Below are positions 10,537 through 19,482 of a stretch of DNA of 64,000 bases, piece after piece. A model generated the notes under the pieces. It saw only the letters and a list, made by a program, of their open reading frames with translations, searched no databases and had not been told where the DNA came from. How positions within the stretch are numbered: position 1 is the first letter of the stretch; every line of letters begins with the position of its first letter. A program made the translations under genes and the position numbers. The stretch comes from an uncultured Acidobacteriota bacterium (GTDB lineage: Bacteria; Acidobacteriota; Terriglobia; Terriglobales; Acidobacteriaceae): assembly GCA_963830785.1 (NCBI GenBank), contig CAWHNV010000045.1, positions 2,792-66,791 on the forward strand, written 5' to 3'.

Positions 10537-11721
10537 ATGGGACGAACGCGCAAAAGCGAGGATGAAGACATCCTGTGCGGATGGAAGCAAATCGCTAAGC
10601 ATCTTAACTGCAGCCCAAAGAGCGCAATGCGGAAGGAAGATACGGAACACCTTCCTGTTTTCCGGTTGGAAAATAGTCCCAAGAGTTCCGTGTTCGCGAG
10701 TAAGCGGGCCATCAACGCATGGCTGAAGCATGGCATCGAGAGCGTGATTTTAGTTGACAACGAGTTGGTCGCAATTGGGCGTCAGGCCAGAATTCTCTGG
10801 TCGCATGAATTCCAAGATCCTCTTAGTCGCTATACCAAGGATGAACTCGAATGGCGGCTGCGAATAATCGATGTGCGAGGTGATGGGAACAGAGGAGTGT
10901 TGATGGTCGCCCATTTTCTAAATTCAAACACTCCCGACCGGGTGTTGTATTTCTCTCCCGACGGGGAAGTCGAATGGGAGCTGGAACCCAAGCCTCCACT
11001 GCGGAAGTCGACGGGGGAACCCTTCGAACATGCATGGGTGGTCACGCATTTGGTCACTGTTCCCGAGCGGGTGGGCCATTCCATCTATTTGGCGATGGCT
11101 AACGCTGCCGGCTGGGGTGGCTGTGTTCTGCGTGTAGATTCCTTGGGGAAATCGGTCCTTCAGTTTGCAAATGCGGGCTACGTCGAACAGCTCTGCTCAG
11201 TTGCCATGCCCGATGATCGTCTTCTCATTGCGTGCGGCGAGAATAACGACTTCGACTGCGCCTTTGTCGCTCTATTGGGGATCGATGATTCGTGTTCATG
11301 CTCTATTCCCGGCCTGAGGACCGTTTATCGATACGCAAACGCCCCCGGCGAATTGCCTCGCAAGTACATCCTCTTCCCTAAAACGGAACTGAATATCGCA
11401 CGAAAAATGCCATACGGCCACGCGCGGCGCATGCGCCAATATCAGGATCGAATCATCGTCGAGGTTGAGACCGGTGGGGACGGTGGCACTTTTCTTTACC
11501 ATTTCACTGATTTTTTGGAGCCTGTGTATGTTTTCCCAAGCGGAAGTCATGAATTCACCCATCAGGCGCTCGAAGCAACTGGTGCAGTCACGCACTCCTG
11601 GCGGGAGTGCCCTGAAAGGATCAAACCTCTTATGCTCCAGATATGGACTCGTAACTCTGGATGGCAGACGCAGGAAGTCAATTGGAGAGATCAGCCGTGG
11701 AACGATGATCGCGCCAAATGA
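10537..11721 (+). CDS. N-terminal HTH fused to a beta-propeller-like domain
   Basis: LCGWKQIAKHLNCSPKSAMRKE..LPVFRL...VFASKRAINAWL HTH; repeated D..G...W blade motifs. Confidence 0.65.
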   Translation: MGRTRKSEDEDILCGWKQIAKHLNCSPKSAMRKEDTEHLPVFRLENSPKSSVFASKRAINAWLKHGIESVILVDNELVAIGRQARILWSHEFQDPLSRYTKDELEWRLRIIDVRGDGNRGVLMVAHFLNSNTPDRVLYFSPDGEVEWELEPKPPLRKSTGEPFEHAWVVTHLVTVPERVGHSIYLAMANAAGWGGCVLRVDSLGKSVLQFANAGYVEQLCSVAMPDDRLLIACGENNDFDCAFVALLGIDDSCSCSIPGLRTVYRYANAPGELPRKYILFPKTELNIARKMPYGHARRMRQYQDRIIVEVETGGDGGTFLYHFTDFLEPVYVFPSGSHEFTHQALEATGAVTHSWRECPERIKPLMLQIWTRNSGWQTQEVNWRDQPWNDDRAK

Positions 11722-11887
11722 GGCGCAAAGTCCAAAACTCTTTCGCCAGCCTCTTCATCGGGAGCGCGACGGGGCGGAGATCCGACGGAGGCATTACGGC
11801 GCGGATTTCGCTAACTAGGAGCTCAAGTTGATTCGGCACAAAAAACCGCAATTTGCGGAGCCAAATTGGAGAAACCAATTTGAAAAT

Positions 11888-12343
11888 ATGTCCTTCGCTC
11901 GCGCCTTCAGTAATCCGATCTGGAACGAGTACCTCAGTTCAATTCGGACTAGCATCATCACCACTCCGAAGACGGGGGGAGAGATTGATGCACTGAGTGA
12001 CCCCTGCGATATCGTGTTCGGTGCTGAGGGTATCAACGAAGAAGAGATCTGGACGGAATATCTCGACAGCTTACTCGCCATCGGAGAACTCCCTGATTTG
12101 AATCCGCACCCTGGCCTGGTTTTGCGCGCGTTTCTTGGCGAAATCGATCACGAAAGTTTTGCAAAATGGCTAGGCTTTCCCGAGGGAATTGTCTTACGTG
12201 TACTCGCAGGTGAAGCTCACATCTCGTCCGCCCTTGCTCGCCGTCTCTCGAAGAAACTCGGAACGCATCCGAGGTTCTGGACTGATCTGCAGCAGAAACA
12301 TGAACGGCAGCGACAATATGGCCGTCTACCAGACGAGAAATAA
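11888..12343 (+). CDS. HigA-like XRE antitoxin/HTH with N-terminal extension
   Basis: PHPGLVL...ISSALARRLSKKLGTHPRFWTDLQ HigA signature. Confidence 0.65.
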   Translation: MSFARAFSNPIWNEYLSSIRTSIITTPKTGGEIDALSDPCDIVFGAEGINEEEIWTEYLDSLLAIGELPDLNPHPGLVLRAFLGEIDHESFAKWLGFPEGIVLRVLAGEAHISSALARRLSKKLGTHPRFWTDLQQKHERQRQYGRLPDEK

Positions 12344-12471
12344 ATAGGCTCAAGAGCGGCGGCAATTCCCGAGTGTTTGGCCCGAGGTCTTGAAAACCGT
12401 CGATCAGCTCGCCTAGGGGAGGTCAACTCGCAGGTTATTTCTCAGTTGCTATACTTATAGGTATATATTTC

Positions 12472-13911
12472 ATGTCCTCGTACTACTCCGTTCCTACATA
12501 TTCAAAAGATCGCTCCGCCTTCACACTCATCGAGCTTCTCGTTGTCATTGCCATCATCGCTGTCCTTGCCGTCGTCGTCGTTCTGACTCTCAATCCCCAG
12601 GCGTTGCTCCAACAAAGCCGGGATTCAAATCGTCTGAGCGACGTAAACACCATCACGGACGCCCTGAATGTTTATAACGAGGATCAGGGAGGGGCGACCG
12701 GATATTCCCTGGGAACTCCCAACATCACCTATCTCTCCATTCCTGATCTCACAGCGACAACCACCGCAGGCACGAACTGCGCAGGACTGGGCCTCTCTGG
12801 TAATTATCATTGTGCGGCTAGTTCTACCTACCGCAATACGAACGGCACCGGATGGATTCCCGTAGACCTTGCCTCCACGACCGGTGGTTCCCCACTAAGT
12901 GTCCTTCCTGTTGACCCTACAAACACCACGTCATCAGGGGAGTATTACGAATACATGACGAACGGCACCACCTTTGAGATCGCAGGCATCCCTGAATCCC
13001 AGAAATACAATTCCCAATGCTCCAGCTTCGCCCAGGGATCATCGCAAAGCCTCATCAACCTGTGTCAGAACATTTGGGTGACGGATTTTACAAACAACCG
13101 CCTCGAAGAATTCTCCCCCTTGACCCGCACCTACAAATCCCAGTTTGGATCTTCGGGATCAGGCAACGGGCAATTCAGTAACCCCGTCGCCATTGCCATC
13201 GATTCGGGCGGGAACATCTGGGTGGCGGATAAAGGCAACAACCGCGTTGAGGAATTCTCCTCGTCGGGTACCTACAAATCCCAGTTTGGATCAAACGGAT
13301 CTGGCAACGGGCAATTCAATGGTCCCTCTGGCATCGCCATCGACGCAAGTGGGAACATCTGGGTGGTAGATTATGGTAACAACCGCGTTGAGGAATTCTC
13401 CTCGGCCGGAACCTACGAATCCCAGTTTGGATCAAGCGGATCTGGCAACGGGCAGTTAAATGGCCCTGACGGCATCGCCATCGACGGGAGCGGCAACATC
13501 TGGGTGGCAGATGAGATCAACAATCGCGTCGAGGAATTCTCTTCATCCGGTACATACGAATCCCAATTCGGATCTTCGGGATCTGGCAGTGGGCAGTTCA
13601 ATGAACCCAGTGGCATTGCTATCGACAAGAGCGGGAACGTCTGGGTGGTAGATGATAGCAATAATCGCGTCGAGGAGTTCTCCGCGTCCGACGCGTATGA
13701 ATCCCAGTTCGGATCTTCGGGATCCGGCAACGGGCAGTTCAGTTATCCATATGGCATCGCTATCGACGCAAGCGGGAACATCTGGGTGGCAGATCAAGGT
13801 AACTACCGGGTCGAGGAATTCTCCGCGAGCGGCACGTATGAGTCCCAGTTCGGGTCTCATGGATCCGGCAACGGGCAGTTCAATCCCCCTTATGGCATCA
13901 CCATCCATTAG
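12472..13911 (+). CDS. type IV pilin-like protein with C-terminal 6-bladed NHL beta-propeller
   Basis: Class III signal KDRSA|FTLIELLVVIAII; LNP...SRD..RLSD; LPVDP; six NHL repeats. Confidence 0.92.
   Translation: MSSYYSVPTYSKDRSAFTLIELLVVIAIIAVLAVVVVLTLNPQALLQQSRDSNRLSDVNTITDALNVYNEDQGGATGYSLGTPNITYLSIPDLTATTTAGTNCAGLGLSGNYHCAASSTYRNTNGTGWIPVDLASTTGGSPLSVLPVDPTNTTSSGEYYEYMTNGTTFEIAGIPESQKYNSQCSSFAQGSSQSLINLCQNIWVTDFTNNRLEEFSPLTRTYKSQFGSSGSGNGQFSNPVAIAIDSGGNIWVADKGNNRVEEFSSSGTYKSQFGSNGSGNGQFNGPSGIAIDASGNIWVVDYGNNRVEEFSSAGTYESQFGSSGSGNGQLNGPDGIAIDGSGNIWVADEINNRVEEFSSSGTYESQFGSSGSGSGQFNEPSGIAIDKSGNVWVVDDSNNRVEEFSASDAYESQFGSSGSGNGQFSYPYGIAIDASGNIWVADQGNYRVEEFSASGTYESQFGSHGSGNGQFNPPYGITIH
13069..13908 (+). 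repeat. six tandem ~141-bp coding repeats (NHL blades)
   Basis: NIWV.D..NNRVEEFS..GTY.SQFGS.GSGNGQF..P.GIAID repeated six times. Confidence 0.95.
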
Positions 13912-14045
13912 CTTTCCTGGCGATGACGGAAGAATCTCACCAGAAGCCCACTCCAAAGCCCTTTCGGCGGCCCCTCATTTTGGTTTTATTTGGCGGACAA
14001 CAAGGGATGTCCTAGGCCAACTGGAGGAGGGGCCGGCGAAATGGT

Positions 14046-14624
14046 TCAGGAACTATCCAATGGAAATTCTTCCAAATGGCCTGGCGACTTCGCACTCAAG
14101 TTCTGCAAACACGCAAGACCAAGAGCAATTGCGTCGAAAGCAGCCATACTCCATCCTTCGGGAATCCACGGTTTTCGTTCGGGCGGCAGTTTGTGGCTGA
14201 GATTTGGGAACGCCTGGGCAACGAATGCTGCGATCTGGGCCTTCGTTTTGGGATGCGTTGCAAGGGCGTTTTGCACCTGCGCGAGCGTCACACACTCCAC
14301 GGGAATCGAATGCCGCTTCGCTTCATCTCGCATACACTCAACCGTAGGAATCATTCCCGGCCGATATCTATGATCGTTATGGACCGCGAGTTTGAAGACA
14401 ATCATGGAGGGCCTGAAAATTGAAATGATCGATCGAAGCGGCACTACGATCTCGGAAGATGAATTGAAACTGCGCGCACCAGCATCGAGGAGCTGCTTCG
14501 GAAATTCAAACACCGCAAAGCCAAAGCGCCGATACCTGAGTTCAATCGCGAGGATGCGATTGTTCGCACCAGGGCTCACGCGATCATCTTCGCACTTGGA
14601 GGATTCCTTCGCATCGTTAACCAT
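14046..14624 (-). CDS. RuvC/RNase H-fold-like protein
   Basis: RILAIE....FGFAVFE, TKAQIA and AFDAIALGL follow the RuvC motif order. Confidence 0.6.
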   Translation of the reverse strand: MVNDAKESSKCEDDRVSPGANNRILAIELRYRRFGFAVFEFPKQLLDAGARSFNSSSEIVVPLRSIISIFRPSMIVFKLAVHNDHRYRPGMIPTVECMRDEAKRHSIPVECVTLAQVQNALATHPKTKAQIAAFVAQAFPNLSHKLPPERKPWIPEGWSMAAFDAIALGLACLQNLSAKSPGHLEEFPLDSS

Positions 14625-14941
14625 TCGATTTTTCGTGCTATTAGCACAGCGGCGCGTCCTTTTGTCGAACTCTCGTGCAGACGCGCTTCGAGCTCAACTA
14701 AACGGCTATCGATGTTCATCCGCACGGCTTCATAGATTCCAGGGAAAAGCTTTGAGATCGGCACATTGAATACAATTTCATAACTGACCGCAGTGAGGAA
14801 GAGGGGAACGCCGACTGATCGTTCATGTTCCGAGATTTGCCACTCGCTGATCAGTCCCAGTATCTCCGCCAGTTCCCGCTGGGTGAGGCCGGAGCCCCTT
14901 CGATGTACGCGAAGGTTGTTTGTAGACGACGCATATCCCAT
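14576..14941 (-). CDS. XRE-family HTH regulator
   Basis: NLRVHRRGSGLTQRELAEILG...ISEHER. Confidence 0.8.
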   Translation of the reverse strand: MGYASSTNNLRVHRRGSGLTQRELAEILGLISEWQISEHERSVGVPLFLTAVSYEIVFNVPISKLFPGIYEAVRMNIDSRLVELEARLHESSTKGRAAVLIARKIEWLTMRRNPPSAKMIA

Positions 14942-15198
14942 GATCGCTGATGTCAAAGAACGTTATATTTTCGACCTTTGGTTTAAGCGTACCGTGTTCG
15001 CAACGGTACTCAAGACGTGCTCATTTGCGCCGCGGCCCAAGTTACAGGATGGTCTTTTGCTCACTATCCCCAGGTGCAGAGGGGGGAACGATGAGATAGT
15101 CTGCTCATTTGGTCTCGGAGGTGTGCATATCGTCTGAATTGGGCGCACAAAAGATGTGGAAACCTAAACATCGCCGTTTATAAAAAATATGTATTAAA

Positions 15199-15244
15199 TC
15201 CACGCCCGCATATCTGCGGGCGTGGACCCCTTGAGCACAAGGGG
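15199..15244 (-). terminator. double hairpin / intrinsic terminator after the recombinase
   Basis: Perfect 12-bp stem TCCACGCCCGCA-tatc-TGCGGGCGTGGA plus 7-bp stem CCCCTTG/CAAGGGG; T-rich tail on the minus strand. Confidence 0.65.
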
Positions 15245-15268
15245 AGATGACGTCTTCACAACGATGGA

Positions 15269-16819
15269 TCACAAGTCCATAATCGAGAAGTCGAGAGTAC
15301 CGGAATGCTGCTCGAAGTATCCCACGAGCCGGGCAATGAGTCGGGCAATGGGTAGGGCAGAAGTTCGAGGTATCTCTCGATCAGGGGCACTTTGAATGGT
15401 TTTCTCTCGTTCTGCGGCGAAGCAAAACGGAGTTTGCCAAGTAATATCAAGCCTTTTTTGATCGAGAGTGCAGTTCGACATGACCGTTCTGAGCAATCGG
15501 CGCTTTTTCGTCGTGATCGCTCCGCAATACAACGAATATGCGGCTCCTGCGAGTTCGACAAATTTCTGGAGTTCCTCCGGAACCGAAGTCCGATTGGCAT
15601 CGTAATCCGCTCGCCTGTCGGTGAGTGCGCGCCGTTCCGTGATGAGCGCAGCCTTGCGCTCTTCGAACGCCTCGCGATCCAGCACCCCTTCCAGATAGGC
15701 ATCGGTCGTCCGATTGAGACGCTCCGTCAATTGATCGATCTGCAGGGTGAGTCTCTGCATCTCTTGCTCTCGATGTCCCGCCCATGAGGCTTTCAGCTCG
15801 CCAATACGCGCAAGCATCTCCGCCCTCTCAACGTCGCTGAAGACAAGTGTTCTCAGTTTTTCGTCCACGAGGCTCGCGACGCTATCTTCGCGGACGCTCG
15901 TCTTCGCGCAGGCTTTGGTGTGGCAGCGGTAGTACACGCGACCCTTTTGAAGCTCCCCGATTAGCGCGTTGCTACACGCGGCGCATCTGATGAAGCGCCG
16001 GAACGGAAAGTCATGGACGTGAACCCTGGTCCCTACGCGGCCATGAAGGATGTCCTGGACCCTGTCGAAGAGGTTCTTGCTGATAAGCGCCTCGTGGTTT
16101 CCCTGATAGGTTTCACCGGAAGCGCGTATGCGCATGATGCCGAAGTAGAAGGGATTGCGCAGCATTGTGTGAAGCCCCGGAATCGTTACTTTTCCGCCGT
16201 TCACGTTTCTTAGCCCTCTCCGATAGAGTTCCTCGACGAGCGTTGGTAGGCTCCATTGGCCGGTGCCGTATAACTCGAAGGCCTTCTGGACGAGCGGCCC
16301 CCGCGCGGGATCGATGGTTTTCCGCTTTGCCGAGCCGTTGTCGAGATAGCCAATCGGCGCGCGGAGGGGATAGAAGCCCTGCTTCAGGCGACCATAGAGG
16401 CCTTTCTTTGTCTCTTCGCGGAGATTGCGGATGAAATCCGACGCGATGACGGCTTGGATATCAGCGGAGAGCCTCCCTCCGCGCGATTGGAGATCGATGG
16501 ACTCGTTCGCGAAATGGACCGCGACACCTCGGTCAATGAGTTCACCGAGGTCCGCCCAATCCTTCAGATTCCGGGCGCTCCGGTCGATCTTGTGCATGAT
16601 GACTCCGGCTGCCGTTCCTTTCCGAAGCCCTTTGAGCATTGCGTTCCACACCGGCCTTCCGCCTTTCGCGGCGGTCTGCTGCTCCTCGAACCATCGAGTG
16701 ACAGTGAGGCTGGATCGCGTGGCAAAACGCTCGATCGCGCTCCGTTGCTCCGGTAGCGAGACGCTCCGTTCGCCCTGTTTCGTGGTGGAGACACGAGTGT
16801 AGCCAAAATATTCTTTCAG
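15269..16819 (-). CDS. large serine recombinase (resolvase + recombinase + Zn-ribbon)
   Basis: YTRVST catalytic motif upstream of the ORF-track start; KIDRSARN; APIGY; CAAC...YYRC; likely CTG start at 16819. Confidence 0.9.
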   Translation of the reverse strand: MKEYFGYTRVSTTKQGERSVSLPEQRSAIERFATRSSLTVTRWFEEQQTAAKGGRPVWNAMLKGLRKGTAAGVIMHKIDRSARNLKDWADLGELIDRGVAVHFANESIDLQSRGGRLSADIQAVIASDFIRNLREETKKGLYGRLKQGFYPLRAPIGYLDNGSAKRKTIDPARGPLVQKAFELYGTGQWSLPTLVEELYRRGLRNVNGGKVTIPGLHTMLRNPFYFGIMRIRASGETYQGNHEALISKNLFDRVQDILHGRVGTRVHVHDFPFRRFIRCAACSNALIGELQKGRVYYRCHTKACAKTSVREDSVASLVDEKLRTLVFSDVERAEMLARIGELKASWAGHREQEMQRLTLQIDQLTERLNRTTDAYLEGVLDREAFEERKAALITERRALTDRRADYDANRTSVPEELQKFVELAGAAYSLYCGAITTKKRRLLRTVMSNCTLDQKRLDITWQTPFCFAAEREKTIQSAPDREIPRTSALPIARLIARLVGYFEQHSGTLDFSIMDL

Positions 16820-16875
16820 AGTTTTCGTTTGTTAATTTATTTTCCCCGTTTAGGAATCGACCTTTCCTCTGAATC

Positions 16876-17037
16876 CTAGAGCTCTTCCGGATCGGGGTCA
16901 ACGTCGCCCTGCGCGGCCTTCATATCCTCGTATATTTCCCACGCGAGCTCCAGATAGGCGTCGAGGTTCTCCCTGGCCTTTTGTAGCTCGTCATCTCCCA
17001 GCGAAGGAAAGAGTTTTTTCAGTACCGCGTCGTCCAT
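16876..17037 (-). CDS. small protein upstream of the serine recombinase
   Basis: 53-aa ORF read by hand: MDDAVLKKLFPSLGDDELQKARENLDAYLELAWEIYEDM... Confidence 0.55.
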   Translation of the reverse strand: MDDAVLKKLFPSLGDDELQKARENLDAYLELAWEIYEDMKAAQGDVDPDPEEL

Positions 17038-17212
17038 TTGTCGTAGCGTACCCATTCATCCCATTCTTGCAAAGACGCGATGAACCCTTGCGCACATGGG
17101 GAAATCGCGTCTTCCCGTTTGTGCCATAGGCGGTAGAGTGATGTTCACGCTTCGATATACAAAGGTCGAATCGAAGCGCATATCCGCACATTCGACAATC
17201 TCTCACGACTCC

Positions 17213-17968
17213 ATGCGCGGCCCCTTGGGATATATCGGCGGCAAAAACGCCATTGCAAACCAGATCATCGCGATCTTCCCGAAGCACGACACGTACCTCG
17301 AAACATTTTTGGGCGGTGGGCAGGTTTTTTTCCGCAAGCCCCATTCAAGGACGGAGATCATCAACGATCTCGACGGCGAGCTGGTGAATTTCTTCCGTGT
17401 CTGCCAACTGCATTACGAGGAACTCATCCGGTATCTCCGCTTTATGGTCGTGAGCCGAAAATGGTTCGACCTGCTCCTTGAAACTGATCCCTCGACGCTC
17501 ACTGACATTCAGCGGGCCGCGCGTCTGTTTTACGTTCAGAAGAATAGCTACGCGGGCCTCGTGCGGAATCCCGTCATCCGGCGCAACCGCGCGCATCCGC
17601 CGGGATTCAATCCCGAGCGCATACCGGCGCTCATCGAGGAGACGCACCAGCGACTCGCCCGGGTACAGATCGAGTGCCTGCCGTACGAGAAGGTCCTCGC
17701 CTGTTACGACAGCCCTTCGACGCTCAGCTATCTTGACCCGCCGTACTACGGTCGCAAGCTCTACAAGTTCAACCTGGACCCGGATGATTTCCGCGCCATG
17801 GCGGAGCTCTTGGGAACGCTGCGGGGGAAGTTCGTGCTCTCGCTGAACGACGTTCCCGAGGTCCGCGCAATCTTCAAGCAATTCAAGATTCGCGGCATCG
17901 ATCTCGCGTACACCGCCCAGAAACATGCCGGACGGCGCTACCGCGAAGTGCTCATCACGAACTTTTGA
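17213..17968 (+). CDS. Dam-like N6-adenine DNA methyltransferase (D12 class)
   Basis: GYIGGK, ETFLGGG, INDLD, YLDPPY. Confidence 0.93.
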   Translation: MRGPLGYIGGKNAIANQIIAIFPKHDTYLETFLGGGQVFFRKPHSRTEIINDLDGELVNFFRVCQLHYEELIRYLRFMVVSRKWFDLLLETDPSTLTDIQRAARLFYVQKNSYAGLVRNPVIRRNRAHPPGFNPERIPALIEETHQRLARVQIECLPYEKVLACYDSPSTLSYLDPPYYGRKLYKFNLDPDDFRAMAELLGTLRGKFVLSLNDVPEVRAIFKQFKIRGIDLAYTAQKHAGRRYREVLITNF

Positions 17969-18102
17969 TTTCCTGCCCGATTCGTGTCAACGCCTTTTCG
18001 CGCGCGAAGCCCTCGTGCAACTTATTGAATCTTCGAGTTCTCTCCGGTTCTTCCCTGCCCGTTGTTACGGTTTTCATCCGTTCCCCACGGATACTCGCCC
18101 CA

Positions 18103-19482
18103 ATGATGCAATTCCTCGAACATCTCGTGATCTCGATTTGGAACCGGCTCCAGAGTCGTCGCGTGCACGGGAAGAACGGATACGCAGGCGACACCATGCT
18201 CGGCTATCGGGTCGTGGATGAACAAACGACGAATCGGCGCGTCGGCATGAGCGCCACGCGTCGCACGATGCACGCGGCGGTCGTCGGGAAGAGTGGCACA
18301 GGGAAAACGTCATTCATCAAGCAGCTTTGCGCACAGGATGTCGACGCCGGGCGCGGCATGTTCGTGCTCGATCTCCACGGCGACCTTACGCCCTTCATCT
18401 TGAGCGCCATCGCCGCCGAGGAATGGCGGCGTCAGGAACATCTCTCCGACCGGCTCATTGTCATCTCGCCCGCCGACCGAGAAGTATCCGTCGGATTGAA
18501 TCCGCTCGAGGATGCCGATCCGGACTTCGCGCGCATTGCGGAATTCGCCGAGGTCCTTCGTCAACGCTGGGGTCTCGACCATTTCGGCGCGCGCACGGAT
18601 GAGCTTCTGCGGAACGCCCTCTATATGCTTTCCGCGAACGGGCTCACGCTTCTCGAACTGGGACCGCTCCTCACGGACAGCGCATTCCGCGCCGCGTCCC
18701 TCAAAACAACTCCCAACGCCGACGTCCGCCATTACTTCGAATCCCGGTACGGCAAGGCGAGCGAACAGATGCAGGCGGTGATGCGCGAACCGATCCTTAA
18801 CAAAACGAGCGCCTTCACATCCGATCCGCACTTCCGCCACATCGTGGGGCAGGCGCACTCGACGTTTTCATTCAAGCAAGCGATGGACGAGGGCTACACG
18901 ATCATCCTGAACTGCGAAAAGGGGAAACTCGGCGCGCAGGCCCTCACGCTCGCAAGCCTCGTCTTCACCACCTTCAAAAACGCGATCTTCGCCCGCGAGC
19001 GGAAGGCGCTTTTCGCCGCGTACTGCGACGAGGTGCAGAACTTCATCGCGTATTCGAGCGACATCGAGACGATCCTCTCCGAAGCCCGCAAGTTCGGCGT
19101 GGGCATCGTGTCGGCGAACCAGTACCTCGACCAGCTTCCGCCTCCGATGCGCGGCGCGCTCCTTTCGACCGGCACCCACATCTTCTTCCAGCTTTCGAGC
19201 GCCGATGCGCAGACGGTCTCGCAGATGCTCGACGGGGGAAAGTCACTCGCGGAACGCCTGAAGAATCTGCCGCAGCGCCATTTCATCGTGAAAAGCGGCG
19301 CAGATCAATGGACAGAGGGATGCGTCCCGCCGGTCCGGGCGTCGGGCAAAAGCTATACCGACCTTCTGAATCGTTCCCGCGCGCGCTTCGCACGTCCCCG
19401 CGCCGAGATCGAGCGCGAAATCGCCGAACGGCGCGCCGCGTTCAAGAAATCAACGGACGAGGTGCTCCATGACTGGAACTAA
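18103..19482 (+). CDS. VirD4/TraD-like type IV coupling ATPase
   Basis: HAAVVGKSGTGKT Walker A; DLHGDL; GLNPL; YCDEVQNF; LSEARKFG; ANQYLDQL. Confidence 0.88.
   Translation: MMQFLEHLVISIWNRLQSRRVHGKNGYAGDTMLGYRVVDEQTTNRRVGMSATRRTMHAAVVGKSGTGKTSFIKQLCAQDVDAGRGMFVLDLHGDLTPFILSAIAAEEWRRQEHLSDRLIVISPADREVSVGLNPLEDADPDFARIAEFAEVLRQRWGLDHFGARTDELLRNALYMLSANGLTLLELGPLLTDSAFRAASLKTTPNADVRHYFESRYGKASEQMQAVMREPILNKTSAFTSDPHFRHIVGQAHSTFSFKQAMDEGYTIILNCEKGKLGAQALTLASLVFTTFKNAIFARERKALFAAYCDEVQNFIAYSSDIETILSEARKFGVGIVSANQYLDQLPPPMRGALLSTGTHIFFQLSSADAQTVSQMLDGGKSLAERLKNLPQRHFIVKSGADQWTEGCVPPVRASGKSYTDLLNRSRARFARPRAEIEREIAERRAAFKKSTDEVLHDWN

Noticed and set aside
13069-13908. Regular ~141-bp repeats as a CRISPR array or DGR template
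   Set aside because: In-frame coding NHL repeats with no unique spacers; no cas or reverse transcriptase gene in the window.
14046-14624. RuvC-like protein as a TnpB/Cas12-type RNA-guided nuclease
   Set aside because: Too short, no Zn finger or REC/WED region, and no adjacent array or IS ends.
15360-15395. tRNA-like GTTCGA fragment in the recombinase C-terminus as an att site
   Set aside because: No partner copy found in the window; the similarity is too weak.
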